28,061 nt of DNA, from NCBI GenBank assembly GCA_043825735.1, contig JBDRRP010000086.1:137046-165106 (forward strand), in the 5' to 3' direction. The notes below the pieces were generated by a model. It ran no database searches, was not told the origin of the DNA, and saw only the letters and a list, made by a program, of their open reading frames with translations. A program made the position numbers and the translations under genes. Below, piece by piece: positions 19,392 to 27,922 of this stretch (positions within the stretch are counted from its first letter, which is position 1; each line of letters opens with the position of its first letter). This DNA comes from Pseudomonadota bacterium. Its GTDB lineage: Bacteria > Desulfobacterota > Desulfobacteria > Desulfobacterales > JBDRRP01.

Positions 19392-20552
19392 ATGCTTGAA
19401 TACGCAATCAAGGGAGACAAGAAATACTGGGGACTGCTGGCCGTGCTGGGCGGCATCGCCGGTATCGGTGTGCTGTTTTACCTGTGGCAGTTCAAATTCG
19501 GTTTAGGCATCACCGGCATGAGCCGGGACGTGTCCTGGGGCTTTTACATCGCCCAGTTCACCTTCCTGGTCGGTGTCGCCGCCGGAGGTGTCATGGTGGT
19601 GTTGCCCTACTACCTGCACGATTACAAGGCGTTCGGAAGGATCACCATCCTGGGAGAGTTTCTGGCCATTGCCGCCATCACCATGTGCCTGCTCTTCATT
19701 TTGGTCGACCTCGGGCAGCCCATGCGCATGCTCAACGTGATCTTCTACCCTACGCCCAATTCCATGCTCTTCTGGGACATGATCGTTTTGAACGGTTACC
19801 TGTTCCTGAATATCGTCATCGGCTGGAACGTGCTCGAAGCCGAGCGCAACGGCACCCACTACCAGCCCTGGGTCAAACCGCTCATTTTTCTGTCCATCCC
19901 CTGGGCCGTGGGTATCCACACCGTCACAGCCTATCTGTACTGCGGCCTTCCGGGGCGGCACTTCTGGCTGACGGCGGTTCTGGCGCCCCGGTTTCTGGCC
20001 TCGGCCTTTGCCGCTGGCCCCTCGCTGCTGATTCTCCTGTGCCTCATCGTGCGCAAGTTCACCAAGTTCGATCCGGGCCGGGAGCAGATCCAGTCTTTGG
20101 CCAAGATCGTCACCTATGCGCTGATTCTCAACGTGTTCTTTTTTGTGTGTGAGGTTTTTGTCGCTTTCTACAGCAACATCCCCTCCCACATGGATCACAT
20201 CAAGTACCTGTTCTTCGGCCTCCACGGACATGGGGCCTACGTGATCTGGATGTGGGCGTCGATGGCGCTGATGCTGAGTGCCATTTTAATGCTGCTTGTT
20301 CCCATGGTGCGCCGCAACGAAGGCACCCTGGCCGTTGCCTGCACCATGGTCTTTTTGGGCACTTGGATCGACAAGGGCATGGGCATGATCGCCGGCGGCT
20401 TCACACCGAACCCGCTGCACGAGATCAACGAATACATCCCCACCTTTCCTGAAATCATGATCACCCTGGGCGTGTGGGCGGCCGGCTTTCTCGTGCTGAC
20501 CATCCTGTTCAAGATCGCCGTGGGTGTCAAGGAAGAGGTTGCCGGCGTCTAA
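19392..20552 (+). CDS. dsrP: DsrP, NrfD/PsrC-family membrane subunit
   Basis: TGMSRDVSWG.YI, DLGQP.R, IHTVTA, APRFLASAF; multiple TM helices. Confidence 0.95.
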   Translation: MLEYAIKGDKKYWGLLAVLGGIAGIGVLFYLWQFKFGLGITGMSRDVSWGFYIAQFTFLVGVAAGGVMVVLPYYLHDYKAFGRITILGEFLAIAAITMCLLFILVDLGQPMRMLNVIFYPTPNSMLFWDMIVLNGYLFLNIVIGWNVLEAERNGTHYQPWVKPLIFLSIPWAVGIHTVTAYLYCGLPGRHFWLTAVLAPRFLASAFAAGPSLLILLCLIVRKFTKFDPGREQIQSLAKIVTYALILNVFFFVCEVFVAFYSNIPSHMDHIKYLFFGLHGHGAYVIWMWASMALMLSAILMLLVPMVRRNEGTLAVACTMVFLGTWIDKGMGMIAGGFTPNPLHEINEYIPTFPEIMITLGVWAAGFLVLTILFKIAVGVKEEVAGV

Positions 20553-20578
20553 TCACCGACGTTGCCCCGCCGCTAACG

Positions 20579-20612
20579 AAAAAACCCATCTCCGCTAGGA
20601 GGTGGGTTTTTT
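20579..20612 (+). terminator. Intrinsic terminator (potentially bidirectional) after dsrP
   Basis: aaaaaacccatctcc-gcta-ggaggtgggtttttt. Confidence 0.85.
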
Positions 20613-20705
20613 ATTGATGATGAATGCGGACAGATCCCGGAGGCCAGGCCCCAGCTGCATCCCCATTGCCAACGAGGTGACCAGAGCGATCGGTAAAGGG
20701 CCGCC

Positions 20706-21572
20706 ATGAGATATGCCATTATCGCCAATCCGGTGTCAGGCCGGTTGTCAGCGGCTGAAAGGCGCAAACTGCTGGCTCCGGCCGCCCATATTCTGAAGGC
20801 CACGGTTCATGGACTCGACACGCGCTCGGCCGGCGAGTTCGCCGATCGCGCCCGATCGCTGGCCGCCGCCTGCGACGTGCTCGTGGTGGCCGGCGGGGAC
20901 GGTACGTTTTCCCAGCTCGTCAATGCGCTGGGGCCGTCGCCGCCGGTGATGGCCTACCTTCCCCTGGGCACCGGCAATGCCCTGTCCCATGCACTGGGCT
21001 TCCGGCAGGGACTTTCCGCCGCCGCTCGGCGCATCCGCGCAGGAACCATACGGGACTGCGATCTCATCGACTGCGACGGGAAAAGATCCGGATTCATGGT
21101 GTCGGTGGGTATCGACGGCGCGGTGATCCGGCGCTTTGATCGTTACCGGGCCTGCGGGTCGTCAGGTCTACCGGCGCACATTCGGGCAGGGCTGGCTGCG
21201 TATTTCAGAGATTATTGCCCGGCAGGCGCCACCATTACCGTGGATGGCGCCGGCGCGACCGTTAGCCGTCTGCTCAGTCTGGCCATACTCAAGCAGCCGT
21301 TTTTCGGCATGGGGCTCAAGGTCGCACCCGGGGCCCGGTGGGATGACGGCCGGCTGCATACCCGGTGCCTGACCGGCAGCTGGCCGACCGTTCTCGGCGC
21401 ACTGGCGACCGGTTTCACCGTGGGAAACCGGCTCGGGCGCGCCCGCACCGGGAGGGCCGTCACGCTTTCTCTGGAAAAACCGCTGGCCGTGCAGGTGGAC
21501 GGGGAGTTCGGCTGGGTCAGCGACCGGTTCACGTTCAGGGTGCTGCCCGGGGCGCTGCGGCTAAAGTACTGA
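20706..21572 (+). CDS. Diacylglycerol kinase family (YegS-like) lipid kinase
   Basis: IIANPVSG, GGDGT, PLGTGN and VDGE motifs. Confidence 0.88.
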   Translation: MRYAIIANPVSGRLSAAERRKLLAPAAHILKATVHGLDTRSAGEFADRARSLAAACDVLVVAGGDGTFSQLVNALGPSPPVMAYLPLGTGNALSHALGFRQGLSAAARRIRAGTIRDCDLIDCDGKRSGFMVSVGIDGAVIRRFDRYRACGSSGLPAHIRAGLAAYFRDYCPAGATITVDGAGATVSRLLSLAILKQPFFGMGLKVAPGARWDDGRLHTRCLTGSWPTVLGALATGFTVGNRLGRARTGRAVTLSLEKPLAVQVDGEFGWVSDRFTFRVLPGALRLKY

Positions 21573-21633
21573 TTTTTCGATGGCCTTGCGGCGAATGCAG
21601 CAAGGGCGGCGCTGGTATTTTCGCGATGAGCCT

Positions 21634-22323
21634 TCAGGGAAGTTTGGCGGCCATCTGGGTGGCGGTATATGCAAGGACGTTTTGCAGGGTGACGGTCGTT
21701 TCCGAGACCGTTTCCTCTGACCAGCTCAGCTCCTCGACGCCTTCCCAGACGATGCCCCCGGTGTCCGAATCCCAGATCTGGAAGAACAGCCGAAGGTTGG
21801 CGAATTTGGTTTCAACCATTCGCAGACCAAAGATGCTGAATCGGCCGATGCTGCCTTGTTGGAAGGCGGCCAGTTTGAGCTGTCCGAGATACCGGGTTTG
21901 TGTGGCGGTTCCCACTTGCCGAAGGGTGGCCCGGTCGAAGATTCCGGTATTCCGGTAGTTGTCATACATCCGGCGGTAGTCGTCGGCCAGTCCGGCAGCG
22001 TTGATGTCGCTGAGAGTCTTGGAAAGATGGATGACTTTGAGTTCGGGCAGTGCCTTGGAGAGCGCATCGGCGAACGTGAAGGCCACGGCCTGCTTTTCCT
22101 CTTCCTGGCCGGTAACCGATGAGGGGGTTATAAATGCGATACCCGAGTCGTAGAGCCCCTCGTGGCTGAGTTGGAAGATTTTGTGGTTGAATGTCGCATA
22201 GCGCTGGGGGGCGTGGGAGCAGCCGGCGGTAAAGACCATGGCCAGGGATGCGGCAATCATGGCGCGGTGTAGCCAGGGGCGCCGGTTGACAACGAAGAGG
22301 TGTCTGTTCAGCCAAGCGATCAT
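21634..22323 (-). CDS. Hypothetical lipoprotein
   Basis: ATG at 22323 has GGAGG 6 nt upstream; a hydrophobic stretch ends in a lipobox-like TAGC. Confidence 0.7.
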   Translation of the reverse strand: MIAWLNRHLFVVNRRPWLHRAMIAASLAMVFTAGCSHAPQRYATFNHKIFQLSHEGLYDSGIAFITPSSVTGQEEEKQAVAFTFADALSKALPELKVIHLSKTLSDINAAGLADDYRRMYDNYRNTGIFDRATLRQVGTATQTRYLGQLKLAAFQQGSIGRFSIFGLRMVETKFANLRLFFQIWDSDTGGIVWEGVEELSWSEETVSETTVTLQNVLAYTATQMAAKLP

Positions 22324-22460
22324 CGGTGCCTCCAGAAAGCATTGTCGGATTGTATCAGGGGGTGTGGCACTCCACACGCTGCAGTGCTTTTACCATGATC
22401 AGACGCTTCGACTTAACAGACACGGTACTCCGGATAACAGTTGGAAATCAAGTCGCGGCT

Positions 22461-22573
22461 GTAGAGGGCAGAGGTCGTTGGTCAGATATCAGAGGGTAGA
22501 CGACCCTCCTTCGCCAAAACCAAGGCTACGGCGGGCAAGCAGATGACAGAGGGCGGACGTACGAAGTCGGCAG
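22461..22573. repeat. Degenerate heptamer array (NCAGANG) interrupted by a roughly 37-bp mini element
   Basis: gtagagg gcagagg ... tcagagg gtagacg a[ccctccttcgccaaaaccaaggctacggcgggcaag]cagatg acagagg gcggacg. Confidence 0.6.
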
Positions 22574-22590
22574 GGGAATAAAAACCAGGT

Positions 22591-22620
22591 TCTCGCGCAG
22601 AGGCGCTGAGACGCGGAGAA
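22591..22620. repeat. Family A element, half copy
   Basis: tctcgcgcagaggcgctgagacgcggagaa, 5 nt before the EVE ATG. Confidence 0.7.
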
Positions 22621-22625
22621 AGCGC

Positions 22626-22922
22626 ATGAATTATTGGCTGATGAAATCTGAGCCGGGGACGTATGCGATCGACGATCTGGCTGCCAGGCCGGGCGGGATC
22701 GATCACTGGGACGGGGTGCGCAATTACCAGGCGCGCAATTTTATGCGCGATGACATGAAACCCGGGGACCGCGTGCTGTTCTATCACAGCGGGAAAAACC
22801 CGGCGGTGGTGGGATTGGCCACGGTGGCGACCGAAGGATACCCCGACCACACGGCATGGGCCCCGGACAGCGAACACCCGGACCCAAAAAGCACGCCGGA
22901 AAACCCCTATATCAGTTTATAG
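22626..22922 (+). pseudogene. EVE domain protein, C-terminally truncated
   Basis: YWLMKSEP, WDGVRNYQARNFMR, FYHS and DPKSTPENP. The expected continuation (W.MVD...) is absent and the sequence switches to the fabH antisense strand. Confidence 0.8.
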
Positions 22923-23914
22923 ATCACCCCACCCCAGGTCAAACCGGCGCCGAGCCCGATGAACATGATGGTGTCCCCTGGTTTCAGCATGTTTTTTTCC
23001 ATGAGTTCGTCAAGTGCAATAGGAATGGTTGCTGCGGTAGTATTTCCGTATCGTTGAATATTATTATAGATTTTCTCTTCCGGGATTCCCATCCGGCTCC
23101 TGAACGCTTCGTTTATTCTCAGATTCGCCTGATGCGGGATAACCATATCCAGATCTTCAATTTCAATGCCCGCTTTTGCCAGCAACTCTTCTGTCACTTT
23201 GGGCAGCAGGGTCACAGCCTTTTTAAATACGGTCTTCCCATCCATATAGGGAAAATGTTCCTTGTTTGCTATTACGGTGGGGCTGATTGCCTTACCCGAT
23301 TTTCGGGCAGGCATCCCAGCGCGTAATGCATCCGCGTATCTGCCGTCGGCATGAAGAACCGATGCGATGATCCCGACTTTCTCCGTGGTTTCGATCGCCT
23401 CAATGCACACCGCACCGGCCCCATCGGCAAAAATAACAGCCGTATCGCGGTTTTCGGTTGATAACTCCAGGTATCGACTTTGATACTCGGCGCCGACCAA
23501 AAGGATTTTCTGTGCTTTTTCACTTCTGATATAGGCATCGCAGATTTCCAGTCCATGCAGAAATCCGGTACACTGCTGACGGATGTCGAGCGCTGGAACA
23601 TTTTTCGCGCCCAGCCGGTGCTGTAAAAACGGGCCCGCACCCGGGACATTCACGTCGGGTGTCATGGTGGCAAATACGATGAGATCCAGGTCCTGGGGCT
23701 TCCAGTCCGCTCTTTCCAGGGCGATAACGGAAGCCTCATACCCCAGATCCGATGTCCCGACATCCGCCCCTTCGGGGACCCAGTACCTGGCTTCAATGCC
23801 CGTACGCTGCACGATCCACTCATTTGATGTTTCCATCAATTCGGTCAATGCTTCGTTTGGGACATGCCTGTCGGGGACATACCTGCCGGTGCTCGATATA
23901 ATGGATCGTTTCAT
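22907..23914 (-). CDS. fabH: 3-oxoacyl-ACP synthase III family protein
   Basis: WIVQRTGI; catalytic Cys (QQCTGF), His (PHQAN) and Asn (YGNT); GAGLTWG. Confidence 0.92.
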   Translation of the reverse strand: MKRSIISSTGRYVPDRHVPNEALTELMETSNEWIVQRTGIEARYWVPEGADVGTSDLGYEASVIALERADWKPQDLDLIVFATMTPDVNVPGAGPFLQHRLGAKNVPALDIRQQCTGFLHGLEICDAYIRSEKAQKILLVGAEYQSRYLELSTENRDTAVIFADGAGAVCIEAIETTEKVGIIASVLHADGRYADALRAGMPARKSGKAISPTVIANKEHFPYMDGKTVFKKAVTLLPKVTEELLAKAGIEIEDLDMVIPHQANLRINEAFRSRMGIPEEKIYNNIQRYGNTTAATIPIALDELMEKNMLKPGDTIMFIGLGAGLTWGGVIYKLI

Positions 23915-23998
23915 AGGATGAGTGTCCTATCTTAATTGGGGGTGCATAGTAAGTTAATTGTAAGGTCGGTTCAGTATTAAAGAAAGCGATCTAAAAGA

Positions 23999-24112
23999 AA
24001 AGTCTTTTTGCTCAGATCAAGGCGAAGCCAAGCGTCAATCCTCAGGTCCGCCGCGGCGGACCTGAGGATTTGATGCGTGGCTTCAACGCCGATAGGGGGC
24101 AAAAAAGACTTT
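23999..24112. repeat. Long palindromic element with a perfect 34-bp core
   Basis: aatcctcaggtccgccg|cggcggacctgaggatt (24037-24070) inside arms aaagtctttttgc / gcaaaaaagacttt. Confidence 0.85.
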
Positions 24113-24149
24113 ACGCTTATGCATAATGCTCCAGTAGGTCTCTTCCCAC

Positions 24150-24290
24150 AGTGATGTCATGGAGGGCTCGGAGATTTTATAATTCATATCTCCCGCAGAG
24201 GCGCGGAGGCGCAGGGAAAACCACTCGCGCAGTTCAATTTCCCGCAGTTCTCTGCGTCTTTGCGCCTCTGCGCGAGAAATATTCTTTTCC
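24150..24290 (-). repeat. Family A element, inverted copy lacking the outer left arm
   Basis: Reverse complement aligns closely with about 6693-6830. Confidence 0.85.
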
Positions 24291-24446
24291 GATGGCATTG
24301 GCAGCCGGTTGTGGCTTGAGCTTCCTGGATAAGCAAAAAAGACTTTTGGGGAATTAACGGTGTGTGGGGGGGGGGGGGCGGTAGGGCACCGAAAAGGGGT
24401 TTGCCGGAGGTAATTCCGGAACCAGCCAATCTATATGGCGTCAGTC

Positions 24447-24803
24447 CTACGCGAGCCCAAAAACGATTTTCAAGGCATCGTCGATTTTTGCAATGACCTC
24501 TTCCGCCAGTTCACCGCGCACTTTGACCAATCGCTCGCGGTGATCAATAGGGCGTGTCTGGAGGCAATCAGCCACCGATTTTCGATTCAGCCCATTTTGC
24601 GGGGATGGGGCAATTTCCACATTGGTAATAATGCGGCCTTTTTTTTCACTCCATGTCGTTAATGGCACCACTTGGATGACCGGGACGCGCGCATTATACG
24701 TGTTGTTCGTGACAATCACGCAGTGCCGAATTTTCCCGGTTTCCGAACCCTTGGTCGGATCAAGATTGACGTCGATGACCATCCCCCGCCGTAGTGCGTT
24801 CAT
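24447..24803 (-). CDS. Type II toxin, PemK/MazF family endoribonuclease
   Basis: RG.VIDVNLDPTKGSETGKIRHCVIV, VVPLT, NGL..S.ADC.Q.R.ID..RL. ATGA overlap with the antitoxin stop. Confidence 0.92.
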   Translation of the reverse strand: MNALRRGMVIDVNLDPTKGSETGKIRHCVIVTNNTYNARVPVIQVVPLTTWSEKKGRIITNVEIAPSPQNGLNRKSVADCLQTRPIDHRERLVKVRGELAEEVIAKIDDALKIVFGLA

Positions 24804-25033
24804 GTCGGCCACTCTGACAGCGCATCACCAGTCCATTCTTTGGTCTCAGTGTCTTCTTCGTACGATTCAGCATATAAATCAGCCGACGCGCTCAAGCGCT
24901 GCTGAGCCAATTCGGCAGATAAGCGGTCTAAGGCAGTACGGACGACGTCGCTTTTATCCTTGAATCCATACCGTTTGCATTGCTCGATAAATTGGATCTG
25001 CGATTCTTTGAGACTAAATTTGGCTTGGATCAT
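24800..25033 (-). CDS. Cognate antitoxin (ribbon-helix-helix/CopG-like)
   Basis: 77 aa with alternating beta-strand QAKFSL, KSDVVRTAL and an acidic tail; coupled upstream of the toxin. Confidence 0.8.
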   Translation of the reverse strand: MIQAKFSLKESQIQFIEQCKRYGFKDKSDVVRTALDRLSAELAQQRLSASADLYAESYEEDTETKEWTGDALSEWPT

Positions 25034-25076
25034 TAGGCCCTCCCATGCCGGTCCTTATATAGCGCCCGCCAATCAG

Positions 25077-25111
25077 GGGCCAATATTACGGCCCAAATTA
25101 TGGTATGTCAA
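25077..25111 (-). promoter_or_regulatory. TA operon promoter with overlapping operator
   Basis: Minus strand TTGACA-17 nt-TAATAT. The inverted repeat GGGCC-N8-GGCCC (25077-25094) brackets the -10 box. Confidence 0.7.
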
Positions 25112-25203
25112 ACCCTTTGACGGCTTGTACAAATCCAACGACTTCGTCAGTATTTATCCGTTGCACCCTGCCATTAAACACACCAAGTATTGACAATACA
25201 TTG

Positions 25204-25282
25204 GTTTTCCTTCAAAGCAACAATTAATACAAATTGAAGGAAAACGCGTTTGGTGTCTCCAATCCCCACGGTTTTCCATCAA
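25204..25282. promoter_or_regulatory. Operator-like 12-bp repeats upstream of the nucleotidyltransferase gene
   Basis: gttttccttcaa (25204-25215), its perfect inverse ttgaaggaaaac (25234-25245) and gttttccatcaa (25271-25282). TTGACA at 25190. Confidence 0.55.
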
Positions 25283-25300
25283 TGCAAAAGGAATATACAT

Positions 25301-26356
25301 ATGAAGGAAAACTTGGTCGAGCCCAAGGAATGGTCCGATAATCAGCGACGCATTTTTATCGATGCCGCCCAGTTGTATGAGGCCTTCATCGTCGCGTTCC
25401 GAGATGGCAGGTCCTATCGTGGCGGCATGCACTGGAAAAAATCCAAAGGCAAGGATTACCTGTTTCGCTCGACCGACCGGCTCGGTTATGGCAAAAGCAT
25501 GGGTCCGAGATCTCCTGAAACGGAAAAAACCCTCGAAGATTTTCGAAAAGGTAAAGAGCGCTCAAAAGAACGCATGGCCTCGCTCAAGCAGCGGATCAAC
25601 GAGCAGTCCCGTTTCTGCAAAGCCGCCGCCATCCAGCGGGTTCCCAAAATCGTCACGAGTGTCTTGAGGCTTTTGGATCAGCACAAGCTGCTGGGCAGCA
25701 GCATGTCCGTCATCGGGACGAACGCCATCTACGCATACGAGGCGGCCTCAGGGGTCTTCGTGGACAGGCCCATCCTGGCAACTCGGGACATGGACATTTT
25801 GTGGGATATCAGGTCACGGTTAAAGCTTGTTGCCGATTCGGACCGTCCTGTGGTGACGGGCCTCCTCGACATCCTGCGCAAAGCCGACAAATCCTTCGAG
25901 AGGCACAGCGGTCAGCACTTTCGCGCAGTGAACAACGACGGATACCTGGTCGATCTCGTAAAACCGGAGCCAAAACCAGCCATGATGGTGGAACGACGTC
26001 GCGTCGGAGAAGACGACGATCTGGATGCTGCGGAAATCGGCAACCTCCAGTGGCTGGTGTCATCACCGAAATTCGAGCAAGTCGTCGTCGGAGAGGACGG
26101 GTATGCCGCAAAAATGGTCTGTCCCGATCCCAGATCGTTCGCGCTTCACAAGATCTGGTTGAGCGGTCGTTCCGATCGGGATCCGGTGAAAAAAAAGCGC
26201 GACAGACACCAAGGGTTGACCGTGGCATATCTTGTCGCACGTTACCTGCCCGGATTCTCATTCAGTGCCGATGAGCTAAGAATGTTCCCTATGGATGTTT
26301 TTGAAGCGGCCAATGCAGCGCTGTCTGAAGTAACCCTGCCCAAGGACTTGCGCTGA
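25301..26356 (+). CDS. GSU2403-family (NTP_transf_8-like) nucleotidyltransferase-fold protein
   Basis: GGMHWKKSKGKDYL, VIGTNAIYAYE, TRDMDIL, PDPRSFALHK.WLS.R.DRDP.KK.RD. The ATG at 25301 has AAGGA upstream. Confidence 0.85.
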   Translation: MKENLVEPKEWSDNQRRIFIDAAQLYEAFIVAFRDGRSYRGGMHWKKSKGKDYLFRSTDRLGYGKSMGPRSPETEKTLEDFRKGKERSKERMASLKQRINEQSRFCKAAAIQRVPKIVTSVLRLLDQHKLLGSSMSVIGTNAIYAYEAASGVFVDRPILATRDMDILWDIRSRLKLVADSDRPVVTGLLDILRKADKSFERHSGQHFRAVNNDGYLVDLVKPEPKPAMMVERRRVGEDDDLDAAEIGNLQWLVSSPKFEQVVVGEDGYAAKMVCPDPRSFALHKIWLSGRSDRDPVKKKRDRHQGLTVAYLVARYLPGFSFSADELRMFPMDVFEAANAALSEVTLPKDLR

Positions 26357-26511
26357 CGGGTAAAGGCTTCGCCGAAAGCACCTGACAGCCGATCAGGCCG
26401 AGAGGATGCCAACGATATGTGTCACCCACAGCAAACACATGGATTGCAATTTAGATGATTGCGGCAAGGGTGTCCTCGTGCCATCGCTTCCTCTTGGAAA
26501 CGCACGGTCCG

Positions 26512-27714
26512 CTAAGCAAACCGCCTGATGATCGCACTCAGGAACCACTCGAGTTTATACTTATTGCCGATCTTTTCCCACGTTTTAAGCACAAAGCCCA
26601 GCACACCGACGGCTGCAAGACCAAAACCAAAAGCGGGCAATGATCCCATCAGGTCGTTGATGGGATAGGTGCCGGAGAGAATGTAAATCAGCGCCAACGG
26701 CCAGCCGATCAACAGGTAATGAAGAAAGTAAAAGGTCAGCGATGATCGGCTGATATAGGAGAAAAAACCGGCGACCGAACCGACTTTCCGATGAGGCGTC
26801 CGGCGGATGTCATAAATCGTGTAGAGGCTTAAGATCACGACGATTGTCATGCCCATCTGAAAAAGAATCATGGGAAAGGAATCCGGGTAGAAGGAAAGGG
26901 GTGCGATGTAGCCGGATATGATCGATGCTTCAGGGCGCAGTGAGCCGGCATAGCCCATCCCGAGGCCAGTGAAAACAAAGGCAATGCCGGCAAACATCAG
27001 CCAGGGCAGGTCTTTATGTATTTTGCGCCCGATGATGCGCTGTCCCAGGACAAATCCGACCAAGGGAAACAGGACCCAGGGAAAGACCGGAAAATCACCC
27101 GTGAACAGGAATCCCAAAACGATATCCTTTACACTCCAGAAAGTTTCCATTTCTCCGGCCGGGTCGAGGATAAGCCCGGGGAAATAGCTGCTGATCATCG
27201 GAACCTGCATGAAGTTGTTGCCCCAGATGTGAGCAACGGCAAGCTGGCCACGGAAAAAGGGTGTGCTGCCAGCAATGACAGCGGCAACCAGCAGAATGCC
27301 CCATGCCGGCAGAAAACGGCAGAAGTACAGTGCCACCGTGGCAAAACCCATCAGCGTAAGGATGTCCCATTGCCAGATCTTATGCGGCCCCCAGGCCAGC
27401 GCCAGCATGAGCAGGCCAACGGAGAAAATATAAACGCCCCTGATTAACGCACGCTTGAAGAGAATGTGGTTGTCGAGATCCGCATGTTTCTGCCCGGAAA
27501 GCACCTGGCTGATTCCCATAATCATCAGAAAGCCGCTTGCTCCCCAATCTCCAAGGATGTGATTGAAGCTGAAATAGAGCCAGGAGTTCATGGCTTTGGT
27601 GTTGCCGAAAAAGATCATGAAGTGGAGCAACACCATGAAGACCAGCGCGAACCCCCGAAAGATGTCTATGGAAAGCGCCCTTTGAGTGTTAAGCCCATCA
27701 GAAGATTGCATCAT
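26512..27714 (-). CDS. DUF1624 / heparan-alpha-glucosaminide N-acetyltransferase-like membrane protein
   Basis: SIDIFRGFALVFMVLLH, FLMIMGIS, WDILTLMG, FPVFPW and SLTFYFLHY; multiple TM helices. Start uncertain (27714 or 27711). Confidence 0.8.
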   Translation of the reverse strand: MMQSSDGLNTQRALSIDIFRGFALVFMVLLHFMIFFGNTKAMNSWLYFSFNHILGDWGASGFLMIMGISQVLSGQKHADLDNHILFKRALIRGVYIFSVGLLMLALAWGPHKIWQWDILTLMGFATVALYFCRFLPAWGILLVAAVIAGSTPFFRGQLAVAHIWGNNFMQVPMISSYFPGLILDPAGEMETFWSVKDIVLGFLFTGDFPVFPWVLFPLVGFVLGQRIIGRKIHKDLPWLMFAGIAFVFTGLGMGYAGSLRPEASIISGYIAPLSFYPDSFPMILFQMGMTIVVILSLYTIYDIRRTPHRKVGSVAGFFSYISRSSLTFYFLHYLLIGWPLALIYILSGTYPINDLMGSLPAFGFGLAAVGVLGFVLKTWEKIGNKYKLEWFLSAIIRRFA

Positions 27715-27729
27715 TTTCGAATGCCCAAG

Positions 27730-27862
27730 TATTTTGATAAGCTCGTAAAAAAGCAATTTCTCGCCAAGACGCCAAGGAAAATTTATTTAATATCAATGCG
27801 TTAACTTTGCGATCTTTGCGGCTTTGCGAGAGATTTCGACTTTTTAAAGGTTCATCTATTTT
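27730..27862. mobile_element. MITE-like element family B, copy 3
   Basis: Ends gataagctcgtaaaaaag / actttttaaaggttcatc, with tatttt at both flanks. Internal tctcgccaagacgccaag / tttgcggctttgcgaga hairpin. Confidence 0.78.
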
Positions 27863-27922
27863 AACGATTCAGCGCGTGTTTACTCAGAGGAGACACTATT
27901 GGCCAAGACACTCGCAGAGAGC

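Noticed and set aside
15486..20552. dsrMKJOP as a novel system
   Set aside because: A well-characterised complex in canonical gene order.
27715..27756. Track start of the DUF1624 ORF at 27756 (and 6417 for the small membrane gene)
   Set aside because: These extensions run into family B elements; downstream ATGs are more plausible.
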